NCBI GenBank assembly: GCA_964631685.1
Contig: CAZVZU010000001.1
Location: forward strand, 246,366 to 310,365
Origin: an uncultured Actinomycetes bacterium
GTDB taxonomy: Bacteria > SZUA-79 > Acidulodesulfobacterales > Acidulodesulfobacteraceae
DNA: 64,000 bases
Direction: 5' to 3'
Under the pieces are notes generated by a model. The model was not told the origin of the DNA. It did no database searches and worked only from the letters and a program-made list of their open reading frames with translations. This document shows positions 40,783-51,707 of the stretch, in pieces. A program made the translations under genes and the position numbers. The number at the start of each line of letters is the position of its first letter. The first letter of the stretch is position 1.

Positions 40783-41460
40783 TTAAGAGTTTCTGACATC
40801 ATCGACAATATCCTCGATAATCTCATACAGAGAAGGGTCAACAACCTCAATAATTTTAAATACACCAGCTTCGTCGAAAATATCGTATAGCTCCTTCATT
40901 GCTTCAGGCGCTACGTCCCACGCAAGGTTGGTTACTTGTAGCGTCGGCATGGGGATCGCCTTTCTTTTTATAGCAAGGTCATCAGATGCATATCCTATGT
41001 GCGGACCCCAATCAGGAAAGAAATCTGGCTGAATCATATCAGAAGAAAGCTGATTACCGTAAGCCGTAAGTTTTAAAAGAACTCTCGAATAAGGCTTTAA
41101 AACCTTCTTTGCGGACTCGAAACCCCTGCGAACCGATATCTCCCTTAATATAGCAATAACTCCGCCGGGACTATTTAAAAACGGGCAAATCATAGCACAT
41201 GTAAAACACTGAAAACATGCCCAAATATATTCATCCATCATTGTCCAAATTAAATCAGGATCCTTCGACTTCAACATTTGAAGAACCATTCTAGGGGAAA
41301 AATCAAAAAACCTGTGCGGAGGACAACCACCCGCACATACGCCACAATTCAAACACCCTTTAACATACTCTTCATATCTAAAATCGGCCCTCGCCTCTTC
41401 AAAAATCTCTTTTTTAAATTCGAAAGGCACTATGCTGACACCATTCTCATCGTAATCCAT
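40783..41460 (-). CDS. hdrC1: sHdrC1 subunit
   Basis: CLNCGVCAGGCP, CFQCFTCAMICP, FPDWGP. Confidence 0.92.
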   Translation of the reverse strand: MDYDENGVSIVPFEFKKEIFEEARADFRYEEYVKGCLNCGVCAGGCPPHRFFDFSPRMVLQMLKSKDPDLIWTMMDEYIWACFQCFTCAMICPFLNSPGGVIAILREISVRRGFESAKKVLKPYSRVLLKLTAYGNQLSSDMIQPDFFPDWGPHIGYASDDLAIKRKAIPMPTLQVTNLAWDVAPEAMKELYDIFDEAGVFKIIEVVDPSLYEIIEDIVDDVRNS

Positions 41461-41595
41461 AACATTCTCCTGTTTTTTATATTTTCTATAGGCACTAAAG
41501 CAATAAAAATGGTAAAATGAACAAGCTCATACCACGACATGCTTTTTATAGCGTATCATGGTAATCCTAAAAGTCAAACATCTGGTGACCTTTTT

Positions 41596-42231
41596 ATGGT
41601 TTTTAGTTTAACCATTCAACATTTCATTAAAACCCATTATCTTCTTATTCATAATTACGGTTATTTTGCCGTATTCTTTTTGATAATGCTTGAGGATTTC
41701 GGCATACCATCACCCGGAGAGATTATTTTAATTACCGTTTCTTTAATCGCTGCAGAGGGTGGACTGAATATCATTTTAGCACTATCATTGGCGTGGTGTG
41801 GAGCAGTTATCGGGGATAGCATAGGTTTTGTTATAGGTTATTTTGGAGCTGAACGACTGCTTATGCGTTACGGAAGTAAGTTTGGATTAACCCCTAAAAG
41901 ATATGCTATGGTTACGGTATTTTTTAATCGTTATGGCGGAGGTTTTGTACTAATCGCCCGTTTTATTGAAGGAGCAAGGCAGTTAAATGGAATAATTGCG
42001 GGAGGCATGGGCATGAAATGGAAACGATTTCTTCTGTATAATTCTGTCGGAGCCGCTCTATGGATAATGTTTTGGGGATACGGAAGTTATGTTTTAGGTG
42101 ACCGTTTTTTTAAATTAATCTCCGTGGTAATGGCCCAAAGCTTTAGTTATTACGGCTTAATCACGATACTTGTCGCTTTGTTTGTCATTATCTTTTTCTG
42201 GCTATCATGGAATAAAAAGAAAAAAAAATAA
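41596..42231 (+). CDS. DedA family membrane protein
   Basis: LEDFGIPSPGE, GDSIGF.IG, ARFI.G.R; start uncertain (41539 alternative). Confidence 0.9.
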   Translation: MVFSLTIQHFIKTHYLLIHNYGYFAVFFLIMLEDFGIPSPGEIILITVSLIAAEGGLNIILALSLAWCGAVIGDSIGFVIGYFGAERLLMRYGSKFGLTPKRYAMVTVFFNRYGGGFVLIARFIEGARQLNGIIAGGMGMKWKRFLLYNSVGAALWIMFWGYGSYVLGDRFFKLISVVMAQSFSYYGLITILVALFVIIFFWLSWNKKKKK

Positions 42232-42260
42232 TGATTGTACGGCAAACTTACAATATATCC

Positions 42261-44195
42261 TTAATATCCCTCTTCCTTCCACATATCTTCAGTAAACCTC
42301 ACAACCTTATTTCTGCCGTTCTCCTTTGCTTCATATAGGGCAACATCGGAATACTTGACCGCCTGCCAAAATTTATTGGAATCATCAGGAAATTCGCATA
42401 CTCCGATACTTATGGTTTTCTTAACAATCACTCCGCCATTAATTTCCAGCGGGGAAGATTCAACTGCCTCCCTGATTTTTTCTGCAATAATACGCCCTTC
42501 TCCTTCTTTAATATCTATCAAAAGGGCAATGAATTCCTCGCCACCGAATCTAACGGCAATATCAGAACTTCTTATGCTTTTTTTAATCTGCGTCGCAACA
42601 TTTCTTAGGACAACGTCACCATTATCATGACCATATTTGTCATTCACTTCCTTGAAGTGATCAATGTCCAACATTAAAATTCCTAGCTTGGTTCCGCGGC
42701 GTTTTATGCCCGCGACAATACTTTCGTAAGATTCATCAAGATATCTTCTGTTATATAAACTAGTAAGCTGATCTATTATGGACTGATCCTTTAAGAGATC
42801 CATTAATCTTCTGGATTCGATAACCGGCGATGCTTCCGCCAGATAGCCCTTGACATAAGGTATCATCCAGTGAACAAAATCAACCACATCGTCATCAAAT
42901 ATTAACTGTAAAACTGCTCCAACCTTACCGCCTATGTATACAGGTATACAGTAATAATTATATTGCTCACTGCAGGCATCATCCGACCCATTTTTATTTT
43001 CTCCTGCAACTTTAAATTTAAAATTGGGACATATACAAGAGAAGTTTGCAGAATCTACATCTCCTCCAGTTCTTTTAGCTCTGCATGCATCAGCATCTTC
43101 CAAAATAGAACTGTTACACCACATATCATCCTTCCCTAGGTTAATTTTTGAACCAATAGTAAGAAGAGTCATTTTGTTGTTATCACTAACTTCATATATG
43201 GTGTAATTATCAAAACACATGTAATCACAGATTATAGACTCTATTCTTCGAATGATTTCCTTTTTTGTTCTATCTTTTTCTATCACTCTTTTAAAATTGT
43301 AAATTCTTACCAGCTCATTGATTATTTTAATCGTATCCTTAAGATAATTATCTGTTTTTAATACTGTATAACCAATTAATGTAGAAACCTTAGAATTAAT
43401 ATCCGACAATATGTTTCTCAAGCTTTTAGATGTTTCATTAAGCGTATGCGCAACTTTGCCGGCTTCATCATCAGGGAGAGATGTTTCATCTATTAATACT
43501 CCATCTATCTCTCCTTCTTTGAGATTTTCCAGACCTATCTCTATTTTTTGAAACAAAGAAATATACGGGCTTAAAAATCTAAAAAATAGAAATACCAGTA
43601 TGGCTAAGAATACAAAAAATGTAATAGAAATCTGCACAATTGTCCTGAACGTTGCATCTCTTACTGAGGATAGATTCATTGTCAGGCTTATGGCGCCTAA
43701 AACAGAGCCGGACTTCACCTTGTGGCATCTAAGGCAATCAACTACACCAGTACTAGTAGCTTTATACGGAATTACTACGCTATATTGCACAGAATTCAAT
43801 GTTTCGCGCAATTTTTCTATGTTTTTCCCAGTCGCAAGCACATATCTTTCATTTGCAGTGACAGCTCTTTCATTCTTAAATCCGGGGCCGAACTGTGCAT
43901 CGACAGGGGCGCCTCTTATAATTGATATTTTTTGTATATCTACTTGTTTTACGGTTTTTTTAAGCCTTTGAATAAATATCTCTCTTTTTTGTATAACGTC
44001 CATTACCATAAGCGAAGTGAGGCTGTCTCGCACGACCTTAGCAACGGTTTTAGAACGAATTTTAGCTTCGTTTATAGACTCTTGCCTGAAACTTAGGGAG
44101 AAAATTATGCCTATGGTAACAAATAAGATTACAAGAAGTATTATTATCCTTGAAATTATTTTGAGTTTAAGAGATTTATTCTTTTTTTTAGACAT
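42261..44195 (-). CDS. Membrane diguanylate cyclase with periplasmic CxxCH sensor and Cys-rich GAF-like domain
   Basis: 2 TM, CLRCH, DQLTSLYNRR, DIDHFK, RSSD I-site, RFGGEEF. Confidence 0.9.
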   Translation of the reverse strand: MSKKKNKSLKLKIISRIIILLVILFVTIGIIFSLSFRQESINEAKIRSKTVAKVVRDSLTSLMVMDVIQKREIFIQRLKKTVKQVDIQKISIIRGAPVDAQFGPGFKNERAVTANERYVLATGKNIEKLRETLNSVQYSVVIPYKATSTGVVDCLRCHKVKSGSVLGAISLTMNLSSVRDATFRTIVQISITFFVFLAILVFLFFRFLSPYISLFQKIEIGLENLKEGEIDGVLIDETSLPDDEAGKVAHTLNETSKSLRNILSDINSKVSTLIGYTVLKTDNYLKDTIKIINELVRIYNFKRVIEKDRTKKEIIRRIESIICDYMCFDNYTIYEVSDNNKMTLLTIGSKINLGKDDMWCNSSILEDADACRAKRTGGDVDSANFSCICPNFKFKVAGENKNGSDDACSEQYNYYCIPVYIGGKVGAVLQLIFDDDVVDFVHWMIPYVKGYLAEASPVIESRRLMDLLKDQSIIDQLTSLYNRRYLDESYESIVAGIKRRGTKLGILMLDIDHFKEVNDKYGHDNGDVVLRNVATQIKKSIRSSDIAVRFGGEEFIALLIDIKEGEGRIIAEKIREAVESSPLEINGGVIVKKTISIGVCEFPDDSNKFWQAVKYSDVALYEAKENGRNKVVRFTEDMWKEEGY

Positions 44196-44812
44196 GGCTA
44201 ACAAGTTTTAAAAGTTAATATCTCATACAGAAAATTGCCGATATGCGCGAAGCACACCCGCCCACTGGCAAGGGTACTTCGTATTAATACCGTATTGCAG
44301 AATATAGCATTATATATAAAAATAATCAAGTAATACATATATCATATTATCTTTTGTTTACAATGCATTTTTTTCATATTAACGCTTCTTCATAGCCTTT
44401 ATTTGCCTATTTTTAAAGTTTTGTTTCATCATTAATGATCTATTTTTACTCTTCATTTTTTTCTTATTTTCATGATTTAAGACGATGATAAGAAGTGTAT
44501 ATTTACTACTGATTTCCTTTTATTCTAACAATATTGTGGTATAATATGAGTGTGTATTATTTATATAATAACCATAAGTTTTATGCATAATAAGCGAGTT
44601 AATTACAATATATTAAAGTATGACTTTAATTAAAATATACTGCATTATAAAAAAATATTGTTAAGTCTCTCTCCAGAGAATATTGTCGCTTAATCACTGA
44701 ACTTATGCGTCGTTATTTTAAATATGCGTACCTTTGTAGTAGAAGACAAAGGAAAGCGGTATTTTCTATAGCATTAACATACGGATCGAAACTTTAAACA
44801 TAAGGAGAAACT

Positions 44813-46258
44813 ATGGAAAACGAAAAAAAGAAATTAACCACTAATGCCGGAGTGCCAGTGCCTGACAATCAAAATGTGCTAACTGCAGGACCCAGAGGAC
44901 CGCAGCTTCTGCAAGATATTTGGTTTCTGGAAAAACTTGCCCACTTCGACCGTGAGGTCATACCCGAAAGGCGCATGCATGCGAAGGGATCTGGGGCATA
45001 TGGAACCTTTACTGTAACCCATGACATCACTCATTATACTAAGGCAAATATTTTTTCTGCTATTGGCAAGAAAACGGAACTTTTTACGCGTTTCTCAAAT
45101 GTTGCCGGCGAACGCGGCGCGGCTGATGCAGAGCGAGATATTCGCGGATTTGCAGTTAAGTTTTACACTGAAGAGGGTAACTGGGACATAGTAGGAAACA
45201 ACACTCCTGTGTTTTTTCTGCGTGATCCACTCAAATTTCCAGATCTAAATCACGCTGTAAAGCGAGACCCCAGGACAAATATGCGTAGCGCTGTTAACAA
45301 TTGGGATTTTTGGACATCATTGCCAGAAGCATTACATCAGGTCACGATAACCATGAGCGATCGCGGTATCCCCTACTCATATCGTCATATGCACGGTTTC
45401 GGTAGCCATACCTTTAGCCTTATAAATGCTAAAAATGAACGACATTGGGTTAAATTCCATTTTGTCTGCCAGCAAGGCATCAAGAACCTTACGGATGCTG
45501 AGGCTGAGGCTGTTATCGGAAAGTCTCGAGAAAGTCAGCAACGTGACCTATATGAAAGTATAGAAAACAAGGGCTTTCCAAGATGGAAATTATTCATTCA
45601 GGTAATGTCGGAGAAAGAAGCCGCCGATTGTCCGTATAATCCGTTCGATCTCACAAAAGTATGGTTCCATAAGGACTATCCTCTGATTGAGGTTGGTATC
45701 ATGGAACTGAACCGCAATCCTGAAAATTATTTTGCCGAGGTTGAACAGTCTGCCTTTAACCCGGCTAACGTCGTACCCGGCATTAGCTTTTCACCTGATA
45801 AAATGCTACAAGGCCGTTTATTCTCATATGGCGATGCCCAGCGTTATCGACTTGGCGTAAATCACCACATGATTCCGGTTAATGCATCACGCTGCCCTGC
45901 TCATAGCTACCACCGTGACGGCGCAATGAGGGTTGATGGCAACCATGGTAGTACTATCGCCTATGAGCCTAATAGTTACGGTGAGTGGGAACAGCAGGCG
46001 AAGTTCGCGGAACCACCTCTTAGCCTGAATGGGGCTGCCGATCATTGGAATCATCGTGATGACGACGATTACTACACTCAGCCTGGTTTGCTGTTTCGGC
46101 TAATGACACCAGAACAGCATGAGGTACTCTTTGCAAATACGGCCCGTGCCATGGGCGACGCGCCCGAACAGATTAAACGGCGGCATATCGGCAATTGCAT
46201 GAAGGCGGACCCTGCTTATGGAAAGGGTGTGGCTGGCGCATTGGGTATTTCTGCGTAA
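44813..46258 (+). CDS. katA: Monofunctional heme catalase (small subunit)
   Basis: [36 protein letters not shown]. Confidence 0.96.
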   Translation: MENEKKKLTTNAGVPVPDNQNVLTAGPRGPQLLQDIWFLEKLAHFDREVIPERRMHAKGSGAYGTFTVTHDITHYTKANIFSAIGKKTELFTRFSNVAGERGAADAERDIRGFAVKFYTEEGNWDIVGNNTPVFFLRDPLKFPDLNHAVKRDPRTNMRSAVNNWDFWTSLPEALHQVTITMSDRGIPYSYRHMHGFGSHTFSLINAKNERHWVKFHFVCQQGIKNLTDAEAEAVIGKSRESQQRDLYESIENKGFPRWKLFIQVMSEKEAADCPYNPFDLTKVWFHKDYPLIEVGIMELNRNPENYFAEVEQSAFNPANVVPGISFSPDKMLQGRLFSYGDAQRYRLGVNHHMIPVNASRCPAHSYHRDGAMRVDGNHGSTIAYEPNSYGEWEQQAKFAEPPLSLNGAADHWNHRDDDDYYTQPGLLFRLMTPEQHEVLFANTARAMGDAPEQIKRRHIGNCMKADPAYGKGVAGALGISA

Positions 46259-46287
46259 CGATTACAATATAAGTGAGCATTTAATCC

Positions 46288-46342
46288 GATAACGCAGAGA
46301 CCGAAGAATGATTTATTATAATTCTTCGGTCTCTGCGTTATC
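46288..46342. terminator. Probable bidirectional terminator between katA and the cas operon
   Basis: Perfect 22-bp inverted repeat gataacgcagagaccgaagaat with an 11-nt loop between convergent genes. Confidence 0.8.
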
Positions 46343-46387
46343 CTTTCGTGTCCGTGTCAGACGGTTCGATTAGGATTTTAGGCTTTA

Positions 46388-48277
46388 TTACACATCCGTT
46401 GGACGGGGTAATATCCTTCTTTCTATAAAACCTTCTGTTCCAAACGTCATATATTTAATCTTTTCGGCTTTCGGTTTATGCTCAAAGTTAAGCATTTTTT
46501 CCAATTCTTTAAGCCGATTTGTTTCCCATAAATTATTAACGGGCTCGTCAATATTGCATACAATATACTCTTCAAATATCTGCTTAAATTGCTTTATTTC
46601 TTCACTTTTATCCATTATACCGTCCCACTCGGCAAAAAGATTTTTATATCTGTTTTCTCTGTTAGAAAGAAAAAGCTTTGAATTAATTCTTACGGATCCT
46701 AAGCCCAGAGGCTTTGCCATTCCGATTTTATGCGCCAAATCTTTTGGCAGATCAACGGCAAAAAGTAATGCTCCCAATTCAATGGCGCTCAAATTCTCAA
46801 ATCTTATCCTGCCTTGAAATTTTGCTCCTTCCTTGATGGGCTTCATCTTGATATCCATGTTTAGCTTAAAGTCATCTTTCCAAGTACTTTCTGATGTTAT
46901 CTTATGCCAATACAGTTTATTTCCGCGGATATTAACAACGTCATTATAGTGCATTAGCCTTGCTCCTGTTTTTTGTTCGAGATACAGTTGAAAAGACGTT
47001 GGTTTTGGTCCTGAAAGTGTTTGCGGAGTCTTTTCTTTAGTATAAACCTTGTCATAATCATTATTACGCAAAAAAGCGCATTCAAAAAACAGACGGGTCA
47101 TAAAATCATTTTCGTTTCCGAAGATAGATTCGGCAATGTCAAATCTATCTTTTTCACTCGTAATATGATCTGCGATACTTTTTGTATAAGAAAGCCGGAA
47201 TAGTGGAGTGTGTCCGAAAGAGATACGCTTATTGCTATCCTCATCCTGCCATTCAACGTAAAAACACGGAACAATATCGCCGTTTTTTTTAATTTCTTCA
47301 ATGAGATTAACGGAGTTTCTATTGTTATCATTTTGGTAGCTTTCTATGTCTATATCCATAATATGTATGGTATTTTCTCTAGCCTTAGGATCATTAGGAT
47401 CGAGATAAACCAACCAATCATGCTTTTTCCCGGGCATAGACCCTGAAACGACGAGATAACAATGGGATTCTTTATATTCACAAGCATATAATCCATTAAG
47501 TCTATATTTATCCGCCTTTTTTTTGTTATCTTTCACGTCAGACTTTTTTATTCTTTTGAATGTCTTTATGGATGGAATAATGGAATAGTGCAACCCTTCC
47601 TTGAGCAACAGCCCTGAACTCATTCTATATTCAGCATTGCCCTTACTGCCGGCAGAGATCATATGTTTTTTATATTCATCTCTGATAGAAGTGTCATTAT
47701 CTGCAAATGAGCGGTAGTAGAGATAATCATCATTGAAGATTGAAAACTTGCTCCAGCTTGTCATCTCAACCATTGCCCTGATCATTCCGCGAATAGAACT
47801 GCCGGGAATGCAGTATTTACCCGCCTGCTTATAAAAATCATAGTCGCTGCTCTTTCCGTTCTCCTCTCTAAAACCCCCGATGTATATTGGCGTCCTAGCC
47901 TCAATTTCAAGATCAATATATCCGGTATTTCCATGATATATATTGAACGAACCGGGTCTATCCTGCGTAATTATCTCTTTATTTAACGGAACAAAGTTGT
48001 ATGGAGCGGTTGCCGGAGCGGTATGAGTCCGAGATTTTTTTGTATCAATATTGTTACTAGGTTTATCTCTTTGCTTTGATTTCAATGCCTTCCCTTCAAC
48101 GATGATTTTTACGGGTTTACCGTCAATTCGTTCTACTTCGCATTTTTTTTTATCCATATCCGCATCAACAAGAAAATATTCTTGTATTGCCATCGGACAC
48201 CTATCATTAATCTGTATTTCCGCGATAAGTTTCTTTTTATTAGAGTATCTTATTGTTAAAAATGCCTTTTCTATCAT
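46388..48277 (-). CDS. cas7: Type III-D Cas7 with large insertion (TIGR03986-like RAMP)
   Basis: APYNFVPL, IPGSSIRGM, ~160-aa insertion, RGNKLYWHK, GMAKPLGLG. Confidence 0.92.
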   Translation of the reverse strand: MIEKAFLTIRYSNKKKLIAEIQINDRCPMAIQEYFLVDADMDKKKCEVERIDGKPVKIIVEGKALKSKQRDKPSNNIDTKKSRTHTAPATAPYNFVPLNKEIITQDRPGSFNIYHGNTGYIDLEIEARTPIYIGGFREENGKSSDYDFYKQAGKYCIPGSSIRGMIRAMVEMTSWSKFSIFNDDYLYYRSFADNDTSIRDEYKKHMISAGSKGNAEYRMSSGLLLKEGLHYSIIPSIKTFKRIKKSDVKDNKKKADKYRLNGLYACEYKESHCYLVVSGSMPGKKHDWLVYLDPNDPKARENTIHIMDIDIESYQNDNNRNSVNLIEEIKKNGDIVPCFYVEWQDEDSNKRISFGHTPLFRLSYTKSIADHITSEKDRFDIAESIFGNENDFMTRLFFECAFLRNNDYDKVYTKEKTPQTLSGPKPTSFQLYLEQKTGARLMHYNDVVNIRGNKLYWHKITSESTWKDDFKLNMDIKMKPIKEGAKFQGRIRFENLSAIELGALLFAVDLPKDLAHKIGMAKPLGLGSVRINSKLFLSNRENRYKNLFAEWDGIMDKSEEIKQFKQIFEEYIVCNIDEPVNNLWETNRLKELEKMLNFEHKPKAEKIKYMTFGTEGFIERRILPRPTDV

Positions 48278-48828
48278 TTTCCCCTCCCTTTCGGCAGTTG
48301 AATAAATTTCACAAATCTCGCATCAACATATGTAGCTTGATAGCCATATTTATAATCTATATAATGTCTTGTTCTGATTGCCGTCCTTATCTTTTTCGCA
48401 TCTGCTTTCCAATCTCCCGGAATTAATATTTTTGTTCCTCTTTGTTCAGTAAGTATAGTATATCCGTCACAGGTTTCGGCCTTAGTTCCAAAAAGAACTT
48501 GGTCTGCCTCAATGATATCAGTGCCGATGCCTTTATTATCGATCCTATGTCTACCCTTCAGTATTCCTTTCGATCTCCATATATGCAATTCCTCGTCTGC
48601 ATTGAATATGCGTAATCGCTTGACAAATCTGCTCTCAATCTTTCGGTTTTCAGGAAAGCTAAAACCATTATCGTATCGCCCGAACAATACCTCGTTATAA
48701 AGATATGCGACTACGTAGGATTTTGTTTCTATGTAGTTTTTAACTTCATCAAGATCATCGAAAATCAAACATGTCTTTGCACAACTCTTTATTTTATCTG
48801 CCGTTATTCCGTTAAATATATCAACCAT
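48274..48828 (-). CDS. csx19: Type III-D subunit Csx19
   Basis: LRIFN...ELHIWR, LFGT, HYI.Y, RF; canonical position before Cas7-insertion. Confidence 0.85.
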   Translation of the reverse strand: MVDIFNGITADKIKSCAKTCLIFDDLDEVKNYIETKSYVVAYLYNEVLFGRYDNGFSFPENRKIESRFVKRLRIFNADEELHIWRSKGILKGRHRIDNKGIGTDIIEADQVLFGTKAETCDGYTILTEQRGTKILIPGDWKADAKKIRTAIRTRHYIDYKYGYQATYVDARFVKFIQLPKGRGK

Positions 48829-50251
48829 TTGCAGCCTCCGTATTATGCTTGGTATAATATATGCTTTTCAGATTTTTAATATGATCCTGAAAACCAGAAT
48901 TATTTAAAGCCTCAACATATTCTTGAAGTTTGGCTTTGTCTTCAGCCTTGACTGAATTAATATCGCATATTGTAATATTTAATTCTTTATATGAAATTAC
49001 GGCCTTCCTGCCAATAAGTACGCCCCGTCCTATATTTTTCTCTCCCCCGATTGCTAAATCTTCCGTCCATAGATCCTTTAATATCAAAAGTAGCAGGCCG
49101 ATCTCTGCGTTATCCGGATCTTTCAATTCTACTACCAGTTTATTGGCTATTTTGTTATCTTTGGCAAATATCGGCATACTGCCAAAAAGAGCTCCGTTTA
49201 TCGTTGCGCCCGTGAACCTATCTATTTTAATCCGCTGCTGGACACTGCTTTTAATATTTTGCTTAATAACAACCTCATCTACTTTTATCCTACTCGGGAT
49301 AGAACCGTCATATTTTTTCTTATCATGTTTATCATTTTCAGAAGAGTTTCCAAAAATAAAATCAAAGAGTTCAAAACTATTTTGTATGTTCAATGTATTC
49401 AAGATCCTTTCAGCCCTCGCTCGTATCGTACCTTTTACGGATGTTCCGGGGATAATATCTTTTCCTGCAGATTTTATATGAGCAGAATCGGGCTCAGAAG
49501 GATTATTTGAATAATGCCTTACAATGAGGGAATCTTTGATAAGAAAATAGAACTCCATTCTAAAACGGTTAGATTGATATTCGTATAACTCCTGGTGATC
49601 GTAATTAAGAAGATTATCATCTTTTTTAATCCATCTAAGTATGTCGCGTTTATCTTCTAGATCATAAACACTGATCCCGTTGTCTTTTAGCTCAATCCTA
49701 CCTAATCCAAGATTTATCTTTGCTCCAATCGCTATCCTTTCTTCTTTAATATCCCTTCTGATTGTAGCGATAAGTTTTAAGAGTTCGGCCTTGTTATCTC
49801 CTCCAATTTCAATGCCGAACCTGAATTTGGCCCCAGGCTCTATGATTTCAAAATCAAATTTTCCCCGATTGGCAGCGATTCCGATCTTGCTATCGATACG
49901 AATTCCATCCCTAATCCGTATATCAGCGCCATCTACCAACGTTAAATCATCAAATATAATCTTGCTAACATTTCCTTTATCTGAATCTGCATAACCAAAA
50001 TAGTCTTTGAGCAGGTCGGATTCTCTATTATCTGCGTCATTATTTCTAAATTCATGATAATGTTCGCATAAATGATGCCGCAAGATCCCTGCAATAGATG
50101 TTCCTGGAATAAAAGGTTTGTCGTCTTTATCTTTCAAAATATCACTGTTGGTATATTCATCTCCTCCTCCGCCGATAAGAAGCGGCGATCTATTGCTTAT
50201 TATTCCGCTAAATACAACCTTATATCTATCTAGTTTATATTTACGACTCAT
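48821..50251 (-). CDS. cas7: Cas7-Cas7 fusion RAMP
   Basis: Two RAMP units: SPLLIG/IPGTSIAG/IGA...GLG and IPGTSVKG/IDRFTG/IGGEKNIGRG. Confidence 0.9.
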   Translation of the reverse strand: MSRKYKLDRYKVVFSGIISNRSPLLIGGGGDEYTNSDILKDKDDKPFIPGTSIAGILRHHLCEHYHEFRNNDADNRESDLLKDYFGYADSDKGNVSKIIFDDLTLVDGADIRIRDGIRIDSKIGIAANRGKFDFEIIEPGAKFRFGIEIGGDNKAELLKLIATIRRDIKEERIAIGAKINLGLGRIELKDNGISVYDLEDKRDILRWIKKDDNLLNYDHQELYEYQSNRFRMEFYFLIKDSLIVRHYSNNPSEPDSAHIKSAGKDIIPGTSVKGTIRARAERILNTLNIQNSFELFDFIFGNSSENDKHDKKKYDGSIPSRIKVDEVVIKQNIKSSVQQRIKIDRFTGATINGALFGSMPIFAKDNKIANKLVVELKDPDNAEIGLLLLILKDLWTEDLAIGGEKNIGRGVLIGRKAVISYKELNITICDINSVKAEDKAKLQEYVEALNNSGFQDHIKNLKSIYYTKHNTEAANG

Positions 50252-50252
50252 A

Positions 50253-51707
50253 TTATCTCCTATCATCTTTTCTCATAAAATTAAGGAATGTTTTAAGGTA
50301 TAGTCTGCGCATCTCTTTTTTTAAATTGGCGTCACCTTTCAAATTACTGCCAAAATAATCTACGCCCAGTAAGTTATTTATATCAATCAACTCATCGCTT
50401 TCAAGATGTTCCGATAGTCTTTTATTATCGTTCCTACATCTGTATAATTGAGCTCTTGCATGCTCATTTTCCATAACTTTCACAAAATTATCTTTAAAAT
50501 CATCTGCATCACCCACGAGGTATTGTAACTTTCCGCATAATGATCTTGTGGGGATATTATTATTGAATGAATGTGCATCACCCATTGCTTTTGAAATCAC
50601 CTTATTTTCAAGCTCATCCTTTCTAACACCCTCCATGATCCTCTTTACAAGATCCGGCGGGTCACCTTCCGGCCTATTATGGGTTTCCATCTCTGCTTCC
50701 TTAGAGTATTTAACCATTTCATCTTGCCATCCAAAAACAACCCTTCCAAACCCCTCGTTTGTTTTTTCGCCTATGCCATTTATCTGCATTTCTATATAAT
50801 CATCCGGTAACCGTCCGTTGAACTTAAAACAACTTCCGGCTGTAAAAACAGTTTCACTCTGGTTTTTAAGTTTCCATACCCCGACAAACTGTTCAACTCT
50901 GCCTTTTTTAATGAACGCACTCTCAAACTTTACGCCAAGCAATTTCTCAAGATCTTCTACGTCAGAAGTAGGAAATCCATTGTCGTTATATATAATTGCA
51001 TCAGATAAAAGTGTCATTACGCTTTTTTCATCATCTGATTCCACAGGCGTCTTTATCTCTTGTTTATAATTATATATATCTTCGGTTACCAATTTAATCT
51101 CAGATTTTCCATACTGAGAATTCTTTGATAAGCCTATATGCGATATTAATTTTGAAGAAAAATATTCTTTGAATGAATCAATCTGAGCTTTACTACCGAT
51201 TATATTACCTTCAAAAATCTGACCCGCATTAATTGATTCATAGTTGAATATTTTATTATCCGCTTTATCCTCTTGAAGATAGTGAAATGATATGGATGTT
51301 CCGACCGATTTATCATAAACGGTAAAATCTTCCATACGAATGAATGCTTCTACCGATTTCATAGGTTTATTAAGATCATCATCCTTGAACATAAGATCGC
51401 ATGCGGAACCGTCGGCATACTTTTCTTCTCTTATTGAATGAGGATTTGGGAAATACACACCATCTTCGTAATCTACGATGTAGGCATTTGTGAATATTAA
51501 ATCACCTTTTAAAAACCAATTGTAAAATTCCTCATCTTTATGAGCATCTTTCAATCCTTCGTTTTTAATATATAGAGATGCAAATACACCCAATATAGTA
51601 TTGCCGGTAATATAAGATTTTGTATTAACCATATTGGCATCGCCCCTTCTAGAGCTGATAATGACCGGATTTACGGTTTTTATTTTATATTGGAACGCTA
51701 TTTTCAC
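50253..51707 (-). CDS. csx10: Csx10 (Cas5) with probable C-terminal Cas11-like helical domain
   Basis: YITGNTILG, YESI..GQ.F.G, IGLSKNSQYG, GIGEKTNEGFG, then ~150-aa helical tail. Confidence 0.8.
   Translation of the reverse strand: MKIAFQYKIKTVNPVIISSRRGDANMVNTKSYITGNTILGVFASLYIKNEGLKDAHKDEEFYNWFLKGDLIFTNAYIVDYEDGVYFPNPHSIREEKYADGSACDLMFKDDDLNKPMKSVEAFIRMEDFTVYDKSVGTSISFHYLQEDKADNKIFNYESINAGQIFEGNIIGSKAQIDSFKEYFSSKLISHIGLSKNSQYGKSEIKLVTEDIYNYKQEIKTPVESDDEKSVMTLLSDAIIYNDNGFPTSDVEDLEKLLGVKFESAFIKKGRVEQFVGVWKLKNQSETVFTAGSCFKFNGRLPDDYIEMQINGIGEKTNEGFGRVVFGWQDEMVKYSKEAEMETHNRPEGDPPDLVKRIMEGVRKDELENKVISKAMGDAHSFNNNIPTRSLCGKLQYLVGDADDFKDNFVKVMENEHARAQLYRCRNDNKRLSEHLESDELIDINNLLGVDYFGSNLKGDANLKKEMRRLYLKTFLNFMRKDDRR

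Noticed and set aside
44370..44580. Small basic ORF and PerR/Fur-like box upstream of katA
   Set aside because: Weak matches expected in very AT-rich DNA
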